A DNA stretch of 64,000 bases, taken from contig NEEC01000014.1 of NCBI GenBank assembly GCA_002189035.1, positions 744,001 through 808,000 on the forward strand, written 5' to 3'. Shown here piece by piece: positions 13,059 to 27,193 of this stretch. How positions within the stretch are numbered: position 1 is the stretch's first letter; the number at the start of each line of letters is the position of its first letter. The notes beneath the pieces were generated by a model. It was given only the letters and a program-made list of their open reading frames with translations. It was not told where the DNA came from and searched no databases. This DNA is from Utricularia gibba (Eukaryota > Plantae > Magnoliophyta). A program made the translations under genes and the position numbers.

Positions 13059-13442
13059 TTATGCTGTTAGTGTGGCTCTCTGGGAGCCATCCAGTCGGTT
13101 CATCACCACCCGGTAAGCTCCTAGTCCTCCCAGGCATATCAGAACGAATGCAAAATACATAAAAAGGATGCCTCCAGCTCCCGGACCGTGGGCATCTGGA
13201 GATGAGGTGCTCCTGGTAGCTGGAGTAGATTGCACAGTGGAAGCAGCTGCAATGATCAAAGAATCAGAAGTGGATGAATCATAGGGGCTCGGTTGCAGGG
13301 CATTGTTGGGGTGGAAGAAGTCATATGCCGCCGGTGATATCCTCATCGGAGGTATGGTTGCTACTCCGTGCGGACGATCATCCACCCCCGCTTGTGCCAG
13401 CAAGACGAGGGAAAGAAGAGAGGACATGAGCAAGGGAGACAT
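13059..13442 (-). CDS. Uncharacterised single-pass membrane protein with signal peptide (127 aa, intronless)
   Basis: Hydrophobic N-terminus (MSPLLMSSLLSLVLLAQA), ISPAAYDFFHP motif, Ser/Thr-rich linker, TM segment GAGGILFMYFAFVLICLGGLGAY followed by basic residues. Confidence 0.75.
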   Translation of the reverse strand: MSPLLMSSLLSLVLLAQAGVDDRPHGVATIPPMRISPAAYDFFHPNNALQPSPYDSSTSDSLIIAAASTVQSTPATRSTSSPDAHGPGAGGILFMYFAFVLICLGGLGAYRVVMNRLDGSQRATLTA

Positions 13443-14193
13443 GGTGGCTTCACTTGTCTTCCTGCAGCAGGCTAGTTATTGGAATTTATAGCTACCGTGG
13501 AAATGAATGATGATCACGCATTCTCTGCCGGTTCTCCATTGCCGAATGCCTCCACTCGGGAAAGCAATGAATCATTATTTGAATCACGCTTGGGATTCAA
13601 TCAACAGAGCCACCACCTCTGACGTGCGCCAAGTGTATCTCTTAAGGAACCAAACCCACAGGGGAGAAGATAGTGCATTCCCAGACCCAACAACGATTAA
13701 CGTGCCCAACAGTCAGTGATCTCAGCTCAGGGCCCTTTGTTGCACTTGAAATTTGGGTCCCAAGTTCAAAACGAACCGAGCACCCACCGCCGATGGCTCG
13801 AACCAGAGTTCAGAAAACTATCGTGCGTTTACATTGCATCCGCATTGTGCTTTTCATACTCCTAATGCATGTGATGAGTGTCAACTATCGGCAGGCAACA
13901 ACATTATTCTTTCCGCACCAAGGAATGATAGAAAAAAAACAAAAAAGAAACGCTACAACTACTACACAAGCATTGCTATCGCTGCTACTACATTACACAT
14001 GTGTTTCAGTTCAGTTCTGCTAGACAAACAAGAAGAGGGTCGAGTCGAATCCGATTGGATCGGATCGGGTCGGATTGAATCAAGCAAACTACAAGATCAG
14101 GAGCCTAACCAAAAATGTGACACAAAGTTGGTCATCTGGAGTACCTGGGAACCCAGCCCTGGCCTTCCCCGGACCCGCTTCCTCAAGACGAAA

Positions 14194-17100
14194 TTATGAT
14201 GGAGAAGCCAGCCCAAGAAGCACCAAAGTTGACCTGCGATATCAATACCAAACAGAGGTTTCAAAACCAGGGCAGAGGGAACCACTATGGCTAATCCGAT
14301 CGGAGTAATGAAAAATGGTCAGAGCCAGTTTCCCAGTTCAAATAGTCTTGTACATACTCAACAATGAACAACTTAACTACCTTTGAACATCAGCTTTCGA
14401 GCTGGACTGGTTAACATGGGCAGCGAGAGGGGCACGAAGGTTTGGGTATTTATTTAGAGCACTTTCAAGCTGAGGTGATGGCAACTGCAATAGTACCCGG
14501 AATGAATGTGGTTGTGTTTGGGACACACACTTCAAGAAGCCAATCCATAGTTTTGGCATCCTCCAGATCTGTACTCAAAACCATCGATAATATTACATTG
14601 TGTCCTGTTCCAGAAATCACATGCAAATAAGGAGCCACACTGTACATTTTATCTCAGAATACCTGCCGATCCACAAGTTTGCCTAGTATCTCCATGATAA
14701 AGCTGACCTGAGAATTACCAAAGTGGAAAACTCGTAACCATGCACTCCTCAGTTGGAGACTTCAGCAAACATATAAAATTTACCATTGTGGGGAAAGCAT
14801 CAATTGCCTGAATTACAGTTCTCATGTAGAGAAGTGGAAGCGGGGTTTGGTCAACCTAGAAGGCAGATATGGTCATGTTCTCCCAGAGATTCATAAGGTC
14901 ATGCTGCATAAAGAGGCACATACCATCTGATTTAAGGCCTTAGTCAGCACTTGTTGAGTGAACACAGTGCGCTGTTCAAAGCACGCTGAGCATGCATCTG
15001 TGATCTGAACATAAAATTATGCAATTATGAGAACAGAAACAAGCATGGGATCATCAAACGGATCATTAAAATAAGTCAAGGGAATGCTGCATGTATCCAG
15101 GGGATACCCAAACATACCTTTTTAAGCGGGATTCCCTCCTTTTCAGGAGAAATATCATGTATAGCAACCAAAACTTCAACAGGAGTTAATGCAGGGCCCC
15201 TGTGTGCAGAGCCCTACCCATGAAATATTTGAGATTTTAGAGATCATTGGGGGTAATACTAACAGTTCGATAAAAAAAACTACATTAAACCTGTAAAATA
15301 TGAGCAAGTGCAGTCTGGAACTTGGCCAAAGGAAGCTGAATGAGCCGGGGAAAAATAGGAAAGACCTGACATCACAATCATCTTCTCAAAATATGAGGAA
15401 AAAAGGCATAATGTGTGTGACGACTCCATCAGCCATCCACTTCTTAGCAATGAAATAAGGTATTGAGCACCTTGATGTTCAGTTATACCAGGTATAAAAA
15501 ACCCTCTAGCACACACTAACAAATGCATTTGCATTCATCTGATCCTCCCAACAATTTGAAAAGACTTCACATTTCATCTATCTATCACTATTGCTTTTGA
15601 GATGAAACATACAAAGGGAATAAGAGATTTAGTCACAGAAGTACGAAAACTGCAACTCATAAAATTATATTAGGTCACCACAAATCATGGGGCTCAATAC
15701 AAAACATAATATAGTGAAATAGATGTCACAAGGACAGCTACAGGATTTTCGGTGTCTGGATCTGCATAATCCGACAGTAAGGTCAATTGTTCAAACGCTA
15801 GGATTTAACATTATTTTCTTTTCTTTTTTCAGTTACCCCATTTTGTGTCCAATTAAAAAGCAATCTAGAACCTCTATATTGAAGTATCAAAGAACAAAAA
15901 AATTACCTCATCCCTTGAAAATTCTGATAAAATTGGGATAAGAACGGAAGCATCCTGCAAGAAGAATAATCTGCAAATGACTGAACTGAAATATCTATAT
16001 TGATGGATAGACAGATTAAGGCTCAATGAGAACCTTTAGTCTGGTGTCGTATAACTGCTTGATGGTGGTGACTAAATCTGGAGAAGGTATTGTGCTTTCC
16101 GACAATACATGAAGAACCTTCAGAAGCAGCATCTCTCAGCATTTATGAAGAATGGTTTTATGCTGGAAAATTAGAACACTGATTGAAAACTAACCTGAAT
16201 CACCAAATCTTCACTTCCATTGGGTGGGTTAGCTATTACACTGAGCAACTCGGTGCACGACTGGCCCAAGGATCTTGCTAAAACAGATAAATGGCGTTGC
16301 ACGGCCTGTAGATAACAGTTTTGGAATTCTTCAAGACACTGATTAAACATGATGGAAAAAAAAAGAAAAACTTGGGATCCTGGAAAAGACCAGAATGGCG
16401 TATTATTGGATTACAAAATATTTTTCTTTCCTGAGATCAAACGTTATGTAGAACCCATGCGAAATTTTCATTGCGATGCAAATAACACATGTGAACATAT
16501 ATAGATCGGATAGTACACCTGAAGATGTGTATCCTACAAAATTCAAACTGCATTTGAAAGAAAGACAGATGATGAACCTGTTTAAATGATGCAGGTGCAT
16601 TCCCGTAGTTGTCAAAAACCTGTTGAAGCAGCGCCGGTTTCTACAAGACAGACATACAAGTTGAGAAATGCTAATGAAAGGTATGCAAATAACCTTCATA
16701 GCAAAGGAGAAAAACCCACTAACCTTCGCAGACAGTGCAAAAAACAAGGACATGACAATGTGGGTTTGAGAAGATAAGTCCATCTCGCTATTGTTGCCAT
16801 TGGGATGTTGTGAAATTTGAGAGGCACTAGCAGAAGTACCTGTAGATTCCGCCTAAAACAGTGTTTGCAAAGAAAGGCTGACGTCAGTAACATTAGGGAT
16901 TGCAGAGACAGCATCTGTTCCAAATTAGATACTGAGACATAATTTTCTTCAAAAGTCCAGCCATTAGCTTGAGAAAGTAGAATCACTGTAATTGTGGAAA
17001 TATATACATGCCTACATACATGCACGCATAACTTGAAAAGGACACGAGAAAGCAGCACACCTTCACTAAAAACACACAATGCTAATAAAAAAGCTCGAAG

Positions 17101-20100
17101 TACTTAGAGGAACATGCATTGGCGTGAAAATCCTTTTTTTTTAGATAACTCGCAAATGGAACAGAAGAGAATGACAACTCGCGAACCTGCCCATCAATTC
17201 TCTGCTCAGATACTGAATTTTCAGCTTGAGGTGAACAAGGTTTCAACGTCGACAAAAACAACTCTGTAGCATATTGCTCAATTTTTTCAGTAAGGTAACT
17301 AATTGGGTAGAGTTTGTTCGACACCTGAAAGCATGATAGGATGAAAATTAGAGATTGCAAGGAGTTCAACCCTGGTCTTCACAGACATCGCGTTAAGTTT
17401 AGCAAGGCTACGGAGTGTACAAAAGAAGGAACATGTTCTAAATTTCACTTACCAAGCGTATGGCTTTTGCTCGAACATCATCCTTCGAATGAACAGCACA
17501 CTACAATAGAACAAAGAAAATAGACGAACCCTTAAATACTAACAACTAACAAATCAAACTCAGGGATGAACTGATAGGACAATGAAAAATCTGAATCAGG
17601 TAAACTACTGAGGTTGCAAATACTATCGCTCCCCCCGTCTAAATTTCAAGAAGATGAACCCAAAAACGGCATTAAATCATTAGCTTGGATATCACATTTC
17701 AAATTAATGAATATAAAACGAAAATTTTTCTCATATGGAATGTCATTGAAAAGGCTACAGAGAAGGTTTTTACCATAATCTACTCATAAATTTACCTTCA
17801 ACGCTATATCTAGGCATGCTTGACGATTGATTGGCCGCCCTAGGATCAAGCTCCAAACCGCACCAAGGCCCTGAGTAACACGATCACCATCATGACCATC
17901 CGTCTTAGGCAGGCTTTTGGTGCATACATCTTCCAGCAGGATCAATAGAGAATCAGGGATTGTAGGGACTTCGCCAAGAAGGCGGCTAAAAGACTTGTCA
18001 GATGCAGGTAAGACATCTAGCAAAAATTTACCCTGCAATTGGCATGAAAATGTTAATAATTTTGGGAGTAATATAACTTAGGACAACAGATATTTCAGAC
18101 CACTTCCAGAAGAAATCTCTCATATCCAACAGGAGCTGTTTTTGATGCAGAATCCGAAGTCATTAGACTATGCAGATAATACAGGATATGAATCACCAAC
18201 TCATGCCCCTGAGGAAAAAAGATACAAACATAAGGATGAGCATAAGCATGTAAAACAATCCAGGAATACAGATACCATATAATTCATGATAAGTATATGC
18301 ACTGGAAAATCGAAATGGTCCTACAGCCATCAAGAATGCAACCATATCCAGGAAAAGAAGAAGATAAAGGAGATGACCTTCTGCTGCTCATAATCTGATG
18401 TGATGCACCTCTGCATCATTCCAAGCATATCATCCACTTCAGTCTACAAAGATGATAAAAACAGTGGGATTTAGGACTACAGGAAGGAAAAGATGTAAGC
18501 CAAGAGAGAAAGAAGCAGGCTATCTCCTGATTTAAAAAAGACTAGACATTTCAACCTAAAAATAAAACATTTTGACATCACTATGTTCATGGAAGTGGAA
18601 AAATATTTCATCGGAAAAATGGGCAAATAAAGCAGCTATTAGCAATCAAAAACATCAGCCACCCCTGCCTCTTTAAATAACAAAAGCCAAAAACAATGTT
18701 GGTAGAAAAAAAAACTCTGGCAATGTCTCATTTGCCACTATACAGCCCAGTTAAGTAATAGCCACAATGTCTGGATGCTGCAACATTACTCGATTCCATG
18801 TAAAAAAGTATTTCTGACTTTCAGGAAATCGGTATATAACTACTGGATTCTATGTACAAAAACCATATCTAAATTAATCCAGCACATGGTTCCTAACGAA
18901 TGGGGCCAAACCTATACAGCATCACTAGGTAATGAAGAGAGCTGCAGGGCTTTACACTTAGTCACAATGTCCATCACGAATTCACAATTGGTTTAAACTG
19001 TTGGATGCTTCTTTGGAAGAGTGGGAATTTAGGGAGCAGTTCAATGGCACATGGTGAAGCGTAGATATCACAGGCATTCAAAGGCTTGAGGTCTAAGTTA
19101 ATACAATCGACCTCTCAAACACTTTAGGGCGACAGTTTAACGGCACATGGGGAAGCACACAGAAAATATAGCACGCACAATAAAGCTCTCACATAATACC
19201 CTGCAGTATTGAAATAGAGCAGCAAATGATCAACCACAATAATCTACAGCTGCCTCCCCAACCTTCTTGAAACTAACTCCAAGAAGTTGAGAAAGAAGAA
19301 TTTGATGATTACATAGCTGACCAAGAGCGGCTGTAGTCATTAAGAAATATAGACATGCGTATGAAAATTAATTATATTTATTCATCAACCCTTCTAGCAA
19401 GGAAAGATTGTAACAGCCACATGCATAGCTTCCAGCACACACCCTCAGCCCCTAAAGAAATTATCAACTCTTCGCAAATGACATCAAAATACTAATATGC
19501 ACAGATGTCTCTTGCAACAGCATAAAATTAAGATATTAGAACACATAATTGCCCTTATGCAAAAAGCCTGTAACTTGCACGAATTTATTGTTAGAGAAGC
19601 AGAAAAAATTGCCAATGATAAACCAAAGTTGGTAAGTATCCTTCATTGAGTGAGTGTTAAGTTTGTACAATTTTCAAAATCTTGTTCGGAACATCAACAA
19701 ATTAAAAGAAACTAACGGAATCTTGCAGCCTACCAGTGCAAACAATCGTGCGATCAATGCAATCTGTGTTTGCTTATGATCTGTCCGCCTTGCTTTCATG
19801 TATGACTGAATCACCCTTTCAAGCGCCAAGTGACCTGCCTTTGTTTTATCACTCTCACTAAGCCCCACATAACGTGGAAAGCCTGGAAACTCTGCTGATG
19901 CAACCTCAGATTTTTCAATATCTGAAGCATCTTGCAATGGCTCATCGAAATCCTGGGATGAAGGGGAATAAGTTTCACCAAGCATGGAAACATCAACAGA
20001 CTCCAGCTTTGTTGCATCCTCGTATTTTCCAATAATAGATGAAGATACATGCAAGGAAGAGCTAGTTTTCTTTGCAAAATCACCAGCTTCCAAATCCTGC

Positions 20101-23100
20101 AATTCATCTTTAGAATTAGATTGTTCTTCCAATGCTGCAGACAATTCTGATGTGCTTGAGTCAGTATGCAATGCTGGCAACACAAGCTCAGAGGATGGTG
20201 GAGGAAGCGACATAGAGGTAGAGGCAAAGCTTGATGAGTCAAAATCAGCTTTTACAGCAGGATGGTGGACTTCAAACGTAGCATTATTATCCACAGCAGA
20301 CGGCAATGAAGCATCATCAGGAGCTGCCACCATCCGCCTGGGATCATGACGGCGAGGATCCTGAATCATTTATAGCAAATTCCATAAAAGATTCAAAGAA
20401 AGCTAAAATTGGTGGGAATACAAGAAGAAAATACTTCAGAATAGCAACCTTACCCTTCGTGGATCACGTTTGAAATCAGCTGATACATTAGGTGTTGGGA
20501 CCTCGAGAGAAGGAAAGCTAGTTGAACGCGATGAAGATTCTGAAATAGGAGGGAAAGCTGCAGAGCCATTTGATGCAATGAATTGATCTTGATAACTAGG
20601 ATCACTATGGCGACTTAGTGATGAGTTAACGTACTTTACCATACCAGGTGCATTCTTTGGCAAGTGCCTCATATTTGTTATCACAATATCAGCAAGTAAA
20701 TCAGGATGTATGTTAGAAATCAAAATTTCCAGAGATTCAATTCCCCTTTCCCCTTCAGCAATTAGTGCACCAATCATAGCAATCATTTGTTCCACAGGGC
20801 TCACATCCACATCCAATAAAGGCTGCTCGGGGCTGACCCCATTAATATAATCCTTCTCATGATCAACTGTGACATTTGAGTGGTCCTGAGAGCCATTGCG
20901 AGGTCTTTTTGAAGTGCTTTCAAAAGTAGTAATTTGGCTTTCATTGTCTAATAGCAGCGCCCTTTTCTTACTCCCATCCCCAGAAAGATGCATTTGACTT
21001 GATAATGGACCTTCCTGATCACGGGTGGTCATGTTAAAAAAAAAAAAAAATTAAGACACGACATTGTAAAACACTGCCCACGATCACATAAAAACATAGG
21101 TAACCACCTTATTCACTTGTGGGTCCCGTACAGCACGGCCATTATTTTTCATCAGTTTCTCAACTTGTCGAACAGCATGATCAGCAGCATCTCCTGCATT
21201 CATTGCTCGCAACTCTTTAAGCAACCTATCTCTTGACTGCAAAAAGAAAAATTTATCACATTTTTCGTGGTTACTCAGGATATAAATTTGATCATACATC
21301 AATCTTAATATAACAAAAACACTAAAACTAGGCTTCAGAAGGGAAACAAACAAAATGGCACATAAGCCATGAGAAAAATATTACACACAAAGTAGAAAGC
21401 ACTGCCATCACAGCTGTGAAAATATACCTCCATCATGATAGGGTGTGTACACTTCAGAAACCCCAAAAATGCAGTTCTCATGGAATAATGAATACTGAAA
21501 GTATGGCATGCCCTTTTTCTCTCTACAGTTGGCCCGAAATTGAGGAATGCTGCAAGGATGGAGTTGTAATAGGCTGGTCTCTGCCGTGCTATAGATGCAA
21601 GACTGCAAGATACACACTGAATCATGATGTAGCTTATTAAAAAGCATTACCCTGTTATCATACAAATGGCAGGAAAACAAGAGAAGTATAGATGAAAAAA
21701 TATTCGCATAAAAATATTAACTATTCTCATGCAGAGTAACCAAAGTAGACAAACATTCCAATGGTAACACAAGAAATGCACCCAAAACTCGCTCATACAA
21801 CACAGCACTGGAATAACACACTCATGTGAATCCAACAACAAAATCTTTCTCACTTCCCCATGCTTCAAGAATCAGATAAGATTCTGAATTTATCAATCTC
21901 CAAGAGGAATCAAGAGAAACATTGTTTTGTCAACATGAGCCTCAATTTATCTTTTCCTTTCTACGAGAAAAGGTATTTGACTTGAGACTCATGCTAGAAT
22001 ATTGACATGGAAAAAGCGTATTAATGCAAGATACTGGAGAATAACAGCTGAAATCAGAAACACCAACTTCATAAAAATCAGTATGACCGCTACAAAAGAA
22101 GACAAAAAAATAGAGACAACCAACAGACTGTAAATTTTATAATCAAATTTGCAACTACTGGAAGGATGTGTACACAGACATTTCCAACGCATTCAGGAAG
22201 CTACAGTTTCATTTTCAGGATTCATATGGACTAGATTAATCATTTTCAGGAATCAGTTGGGCAGGATCTAGTGTTGGAGCCTAACCGACTCACCACCACA
22301 TTTTAAATAACACACATTCTTGAAAATAGCAGGATACTAAGTAACACGCATTGAACTCACAACTTAAAATTAAAAGCAAAAAAAACTTATTCTTTTACTT
22401 GGAGGCTTGAGAATCAATAGAATAAAAAGAATTAACTCTTCGTACACAAAACACAACCTTTCGCTACTCATATCTCATGTATGATTTCAATTTCCACAGC
22501 ATGAAAAGTAAATTGTGCAATCACAGATTCATACAAGTGGTTAAGTTGTCTTTTCAAATATTTCTTCCATTAGGGATACAACCTATTGCTTATAACACAG
22601 TAATTGCTATGTTTTTTGCAGTGGATATTCAAAATTGCAATTGTCAATAGCTTGCTCTGATGTAGGAACTGATAATACGAAGCTGGTGGCAAGGTCCCAA
22701 AACAATTTTAATTCTGAGCAAAAAGCCTAGTAACCCAAGAGCGAAGCACCCTCAAAATAAAAGAGAGCTCAGCTAAAAAATCATGATATGTTCGACAGCA
22801 CATAGTGAACCAATGGTACATAGTTACAGGGTTTCATCATTACACTAGTCATTTGTATGTATAGGTATTGTGCCTTTTTTAGCTCTCTCCAGACAAATTA
22901 CATGCGTATTTACCTAGTTTCCAATACATAAGACTTCTAGGACCAACAAATCCAATTTTACAAAACCCTTAATCTGCCATATCAACATCCAACGCATCCG
23001 ATAACCACCAATTCAGCAATTCCAGGCAACACTGTCACCTAAGCATCTAAAATCTGCAGGAGCTGCAACTTTGACAAAGACGACAGTGGAACAAGTACCC

Positions 23101-25393
23101 AGAAATAAAGATAGGATCACACTCGATATAATGAACTAAACTCAAAACAATCCTACTCCAAATAAACTGAATGGTCATGTAAACAAAAACCTAGAGATAA
23201 ATAATAACATAATCAGATCAACAAAAGGCAGCCACAGAGAATATGGCCTTACAAGATTTCAGAAGTAGTAAATTCAAGAAAAAATGTACACTGTGGTCAT
23301 AGAAATATAAAGAAACAAGGCACAAGTTAAACCAAGAGAGATTTCTGTCTAAAGGAAATGATTACATCGTGATCTCACCACATATAGCCTTACTCTCCCT
23401 ATAGCAGCTATACTTAGACACAAAAACCCATCCACACAACTAGGAAACCATTTAGAGAAAAAAGCATGCATTGATTCCCAAGTCACAGCAAAAAGAAACT
23501 CCGAGGTAGTATCAATAATTAAAAAAATAACTGCACGACACCAATCAAAAAATGGAAACAAAAACAAATTCTTCACCGGAAAAAGATGTAAAATACCATT
23601 TCACTAGAAAATGAAAATAAAAGCTGTTAAATATTTATGACTCAGTAAAAAGGGTCACCTATTAACAACCACGATTACAAAGGCGCCAGGGTAATCACTG
23701 GATGATGAAAGCATATCCAAAAGGAAGCCCAGATATCTGTTCGCATCAGATAAAAGAGAGGGCTGATTGAGGATAGGGTGGCCATCCATGACCCATGAAA
23801 TGTTAAACACTCCTCCTTGTCTCATTGCTACAAAAATATTGTAGTGGTGCGTCAGAAGTAAGTAAAAACGACAGAAAACAATGTAAGGAAACCCCATACA
23901 AGAATCCAAATTAGAAATTCAAAGGTAAGATCTTAAAGTAGTAAAACTGGCATACCATCTTGCCTATGCGTTGCAAAATCATTTGGAACAGGTGTGAAGT
24001 GCAATACATACGTTTCTAAGAATTTAACAGCTATGAACTTCGGGCCAGCGAAACCAGCCTGCGAAAATTCCAAAGAAAAAAAGGAATTAACCAAATGAAC
24101 AAAAACACCTTCAGCAAGAATTTCCAACAGAAATCACAAGGCATATAAACACGTTCCTATTATGGAAATCAGGCAGCACTTAAATTTGCAGAAATTTTAT
24201 ATGTATATATATACAATACAACGGACATTAGGATTAGGTATTGAAATTATTGAGACAAACAACAAGTTCAAACAGCAGCTCCAAGAATACCTCAAAGATA
24301 ATGTCCAATACAGCATTCTTAAATCTGATCATCCATGTTGACAGCTCTTCAAGCCATCTCTCAACCATACCATGCTGCTTATACTATAAAATAAAATACA
24401 CTTTCAAAGTTAGTATGTTCGTGCTCACACATATATGCAGGGTAAACTAGCAGCCAAGGCATAATAAAACGACAACTATCGTGGAAAAAAAAATGAAAGA
24501 ATGGCAAAAACTCTAGCATAGCATGGCATGCAAATCAGCGACATACAATCCAGTTTATCTATCCGTATGCATGCCATTTTACAGATACATATAGGGCTTA
24601 TGACAAAACACATGAGATTTTGGCACAAAAAAACGGGTATGTGAAATAGTTCAAAACAGACATATTCAAAAATTATTAAACTGCACATTATAGAATGTAT
24701 GACAAGCACAAGCAAATAGATGAAAAATGAAATCGAGAGCAAAGAGACACCTGAATTGCTAAGTCTACTAATATAAGAGAAAAAATTTTTGATCCCGTGA
24801 TGATTGCTTGCTTGGCAATTGTGGAGTTATTGTCTTTAAGAAATGTGATCAACAAAGGCAATAAAATAGACAGATATTGCCTTGTTTTAGCCCCAATATG
24901 ATCAATTATCCTGTCAACACACAAAATTGGATGAGTCCATGAAAGCCAAGAATATGACAATTACTTCGCGTAGAAACATAGGATGTCACAGAAAAACAAT
25001 TAGGTATGCCATCCAAACTGGGAAGAGTTGCTGACGATGAATAATTACTAACAGTATGCAGCAATAGTTCAAACAACGAATCCCACCAGAAAAAAAAAAT
25101 CAATTCTTGGGCATTACAGCAAATGAAACGATGCAAACCAGCCAACAGAAGATAGAAAATGCAACATTTTTCAAACGAGCGACTCACTCAATAATGTACT
25201 TTCTGACTAGGGCTTCGGGCGAATACTGCAGCTCAACTAAAAACGGGAAAACATCAGCGGCCTGATCAGGTTCAAGTGACATCAGAACATCTTTCGCCTG
25301 TTTCAATGAATGCAACTTCACGGCCAAATCTCCATTATTGTTCACCGTGGCCAGCAGTGCAAGCACCTGCTCCCTGGCTGGTGGACTGGCCAT
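14194..25393 (-). CDS. SYMPK: Symplekin (polyadenylation scaffold; At1g27595-type), many exons
   Basis: N-terminus [34 protein letters not shown]; internal DFKRDPRR|..[25 protein letters not shown]|[40 protein letters not shown]; last exon [12 protein letters not shown] (TAA at 14194-14196). About 20 exons traced, not all verified. Confidence 0.92.
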
Positions 25394-25597
25394 CCAACAC
25401 CCTTAGGTTGAACAATTAGGGATTGGATTCAATCGAACGTCAAGGGTTCTGCAAATTCGGGGGAAACGACGGGCGACAAAGCCGTGTCCCAGTCCCTTGT
25501 TCGTACCACGCCACGCCCCGCGACTCGGGAAATTGCTCATCCTACGTTCTTGGGTTTCAAGAGCACTTCCGGCTTCCCAATGCTTAGGCCGGTCACC

Positions 25598-25708
25598 GGC
25601 CCAAACACAGGCCCGTGGGTTCAATTCCGGATTCGACCTTTCGACCTGGACTGGGATTGATCCAGCCCATGGTCCGGCCCAGCAGTCTCTAAAGCATATG
25701 GGGCCCAC
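25598..25708. promoter_or_regulatory. Cluster of site II (GGCCCA/AGCCCA, TCP-type) motifs upstream of symplekin
   Basis: GGCCCA 25598, AGCCCA ~25663, GGCCCA 25676 and GGGCCCAC ~25701, 200-310 bp upstream of the symplekin ATG. Typical of housekeeping promoters. Confidence 0.5.
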
Positions 25709-26129
25709 CAGCTACAGAAACCATACCAGATGATGATCTAGATTTAGGTATATAAGGACGAGATTACCCTCCCTCTCAGCCACAAATCCCCACTAATGAC
25801 ACGGGGATATTTGCAGAGGAGGGATATTTCCCCGGGATTCGAGAAAGTTCTGGAAAGAAAGCAGGACGAAGATGTCTGAAGAAGCATGAGCCACAACTAA
25901 GATCTCACACTAACCCGCTTTAACCCTGGATCTTATCCTTGGTTTGCCAAAGCCAAAGCATGCCCATGAAAACGAAATGTAACTAATATCTAGCGCGCCC
26001 TTTACCTCATCGCCTCATCCCCTCCAACACTCATACTCACAAAAAAAATCTTTTGTGATTCGATTGTCGCATTATCTTAATCTATTATCCGATATTTATT
26101 AGAACAAAATAATTACATATCGAAAAATT

Positions 26130-26221
26130 AAAATGATATAATCAAATATATAAAATATTATGAATCATTAAATAATTGATTAATTTTATTTTTTTTAATA
26201 TGATTCACATTTTTATGTATT
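26130..26221 (+). repeat. AT-rich dispersed repeat, related to 30347-30442
   Basis: AAAATGATATAATCAAATATATAAAA...AATCATTAA...TTAATATGATTCACATTTTTATGTATT aligns by eye with AAAATGAAATAATTAAATATATAAAA...AATCATTAA...TTAATATGATTCATATTTATTATGTATT. Confidence 0.5.
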
Positions 26222-26830
26222 ATAACATTATATATATTCTTATATAATTCATTGAATACTTAATTTCAAGAGTCTATTTGGATATGCCAATCTTGTGTCC
26301 ACAAACAACTTGAAGATAAGCACTCCTTTTTGCCACTCACAAGGTGCCTCCTCTTTCCATTTGGATTCGAGGTTCAAAATGAAAAAAAAAAAAAAAGTTA
26401 TGAAATCAAAAATATATCAGATTTAAAAAATTATGATTTTTAATTATTATTATTATATATAGTTAAAATGTAAATGTGGCTCAAATTAGATTTTAAAACT
26501 ATTACTCTAAAATCATTTTCAATCATAAAATTCAAAAATATTAATTCAATATGAATAAAAAATAATATAATTCTTATAATTTTTAGTTTTTTTCCTTTTT
26601 TTTTTGAAAAAAAAATCACGAAATGTACCCTAGTTAGGAGCAACTGCACTAGCAATTTACCTTTTTATGGAATATTTTATTTCTGGAAGAAAAAATATAA
26701 AAATCCGAGTCGTGGCATGATTTTGACCAATTGCTACAGCTTTATTCCTAGTAGTGTTGGTGAGAAAAAGGTGGAACCAAAAGGGCTGAAAACAAGCTCT
26801 CGATCGGTGGGCACAGACACCCATCCTGGT

Positions 26831-27193
26831 TCATCGCAGGAACCCGGTTCCGTTGGAAGCTTGGCCCGGACCGGCGCAAGTACGGTGCAAGAACAGGCGT
26901 AGAGTGGACAGCCTATGAAGCAGCCGAATCGAGTCGGACAGAAGCTGCCGTGACTGGAGCTGGGCGGTGCGGCAGTCGCGCATCGCGACGGAGAGCTGAT
27001 CCCTGAGGCAACCATTGTTGACTCTGAGCGTGTGGAGTTGATTCACGAGGTCGTCTGCGTACTGTTTCTTTCGCAACCGGGACCGGCGGGCCGCCTCCCG
27101 GTTCGACATCATTCTTTTCCGTTTCCGATCGTCGCAGGAGACCGGCGGCCGGCATTGCAACGGAGGGTTCCCCATGTCCTCCAAAGCCATCAT
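26831..27193 (-). CDS. bZIP transcription factor, group S, intronless (120 aa)
   Basis: Basic region DDRKRKRMMSNREAARRSRLRKKQYADDL followed by a leucine zipper. TATA-like CTATAAATA about 40 bp upstream of the ATG. Confidence 0.9.
   Translation of the reverse strand: MMALEDMGNPPLQCRPPVSCDDRKRKRMMSNREAARRSRLRKKQYADDLVNQLHTLRVNNGCLRDQLSVAMRDCRTAQLQSRQLLSDSIRLLHRLSTLRLFLHRTCAGPGQASNGTGFLR

Noticed and set aside
13507-13622. TGATGA ... CTGA pair resembling C/D snoRNA boxes
   Set aside because: No terminal stem and no recognisable rRNA-antisense element; lies in a probable promoter.
23349-23576. ORF with SIAAIGR resembling the next symplekin exon
   Set aside because: The real exon ([10 protein letters not shown]) is at about 21400-21605; this stretch is intronic and closes with a stop.
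25732-25879. TGATGA ... CTGA with a weak internal hairpin
   Set aside because: No terminal stem or guide sequence; such hexamer/tetramer pairs are frequent by chance.
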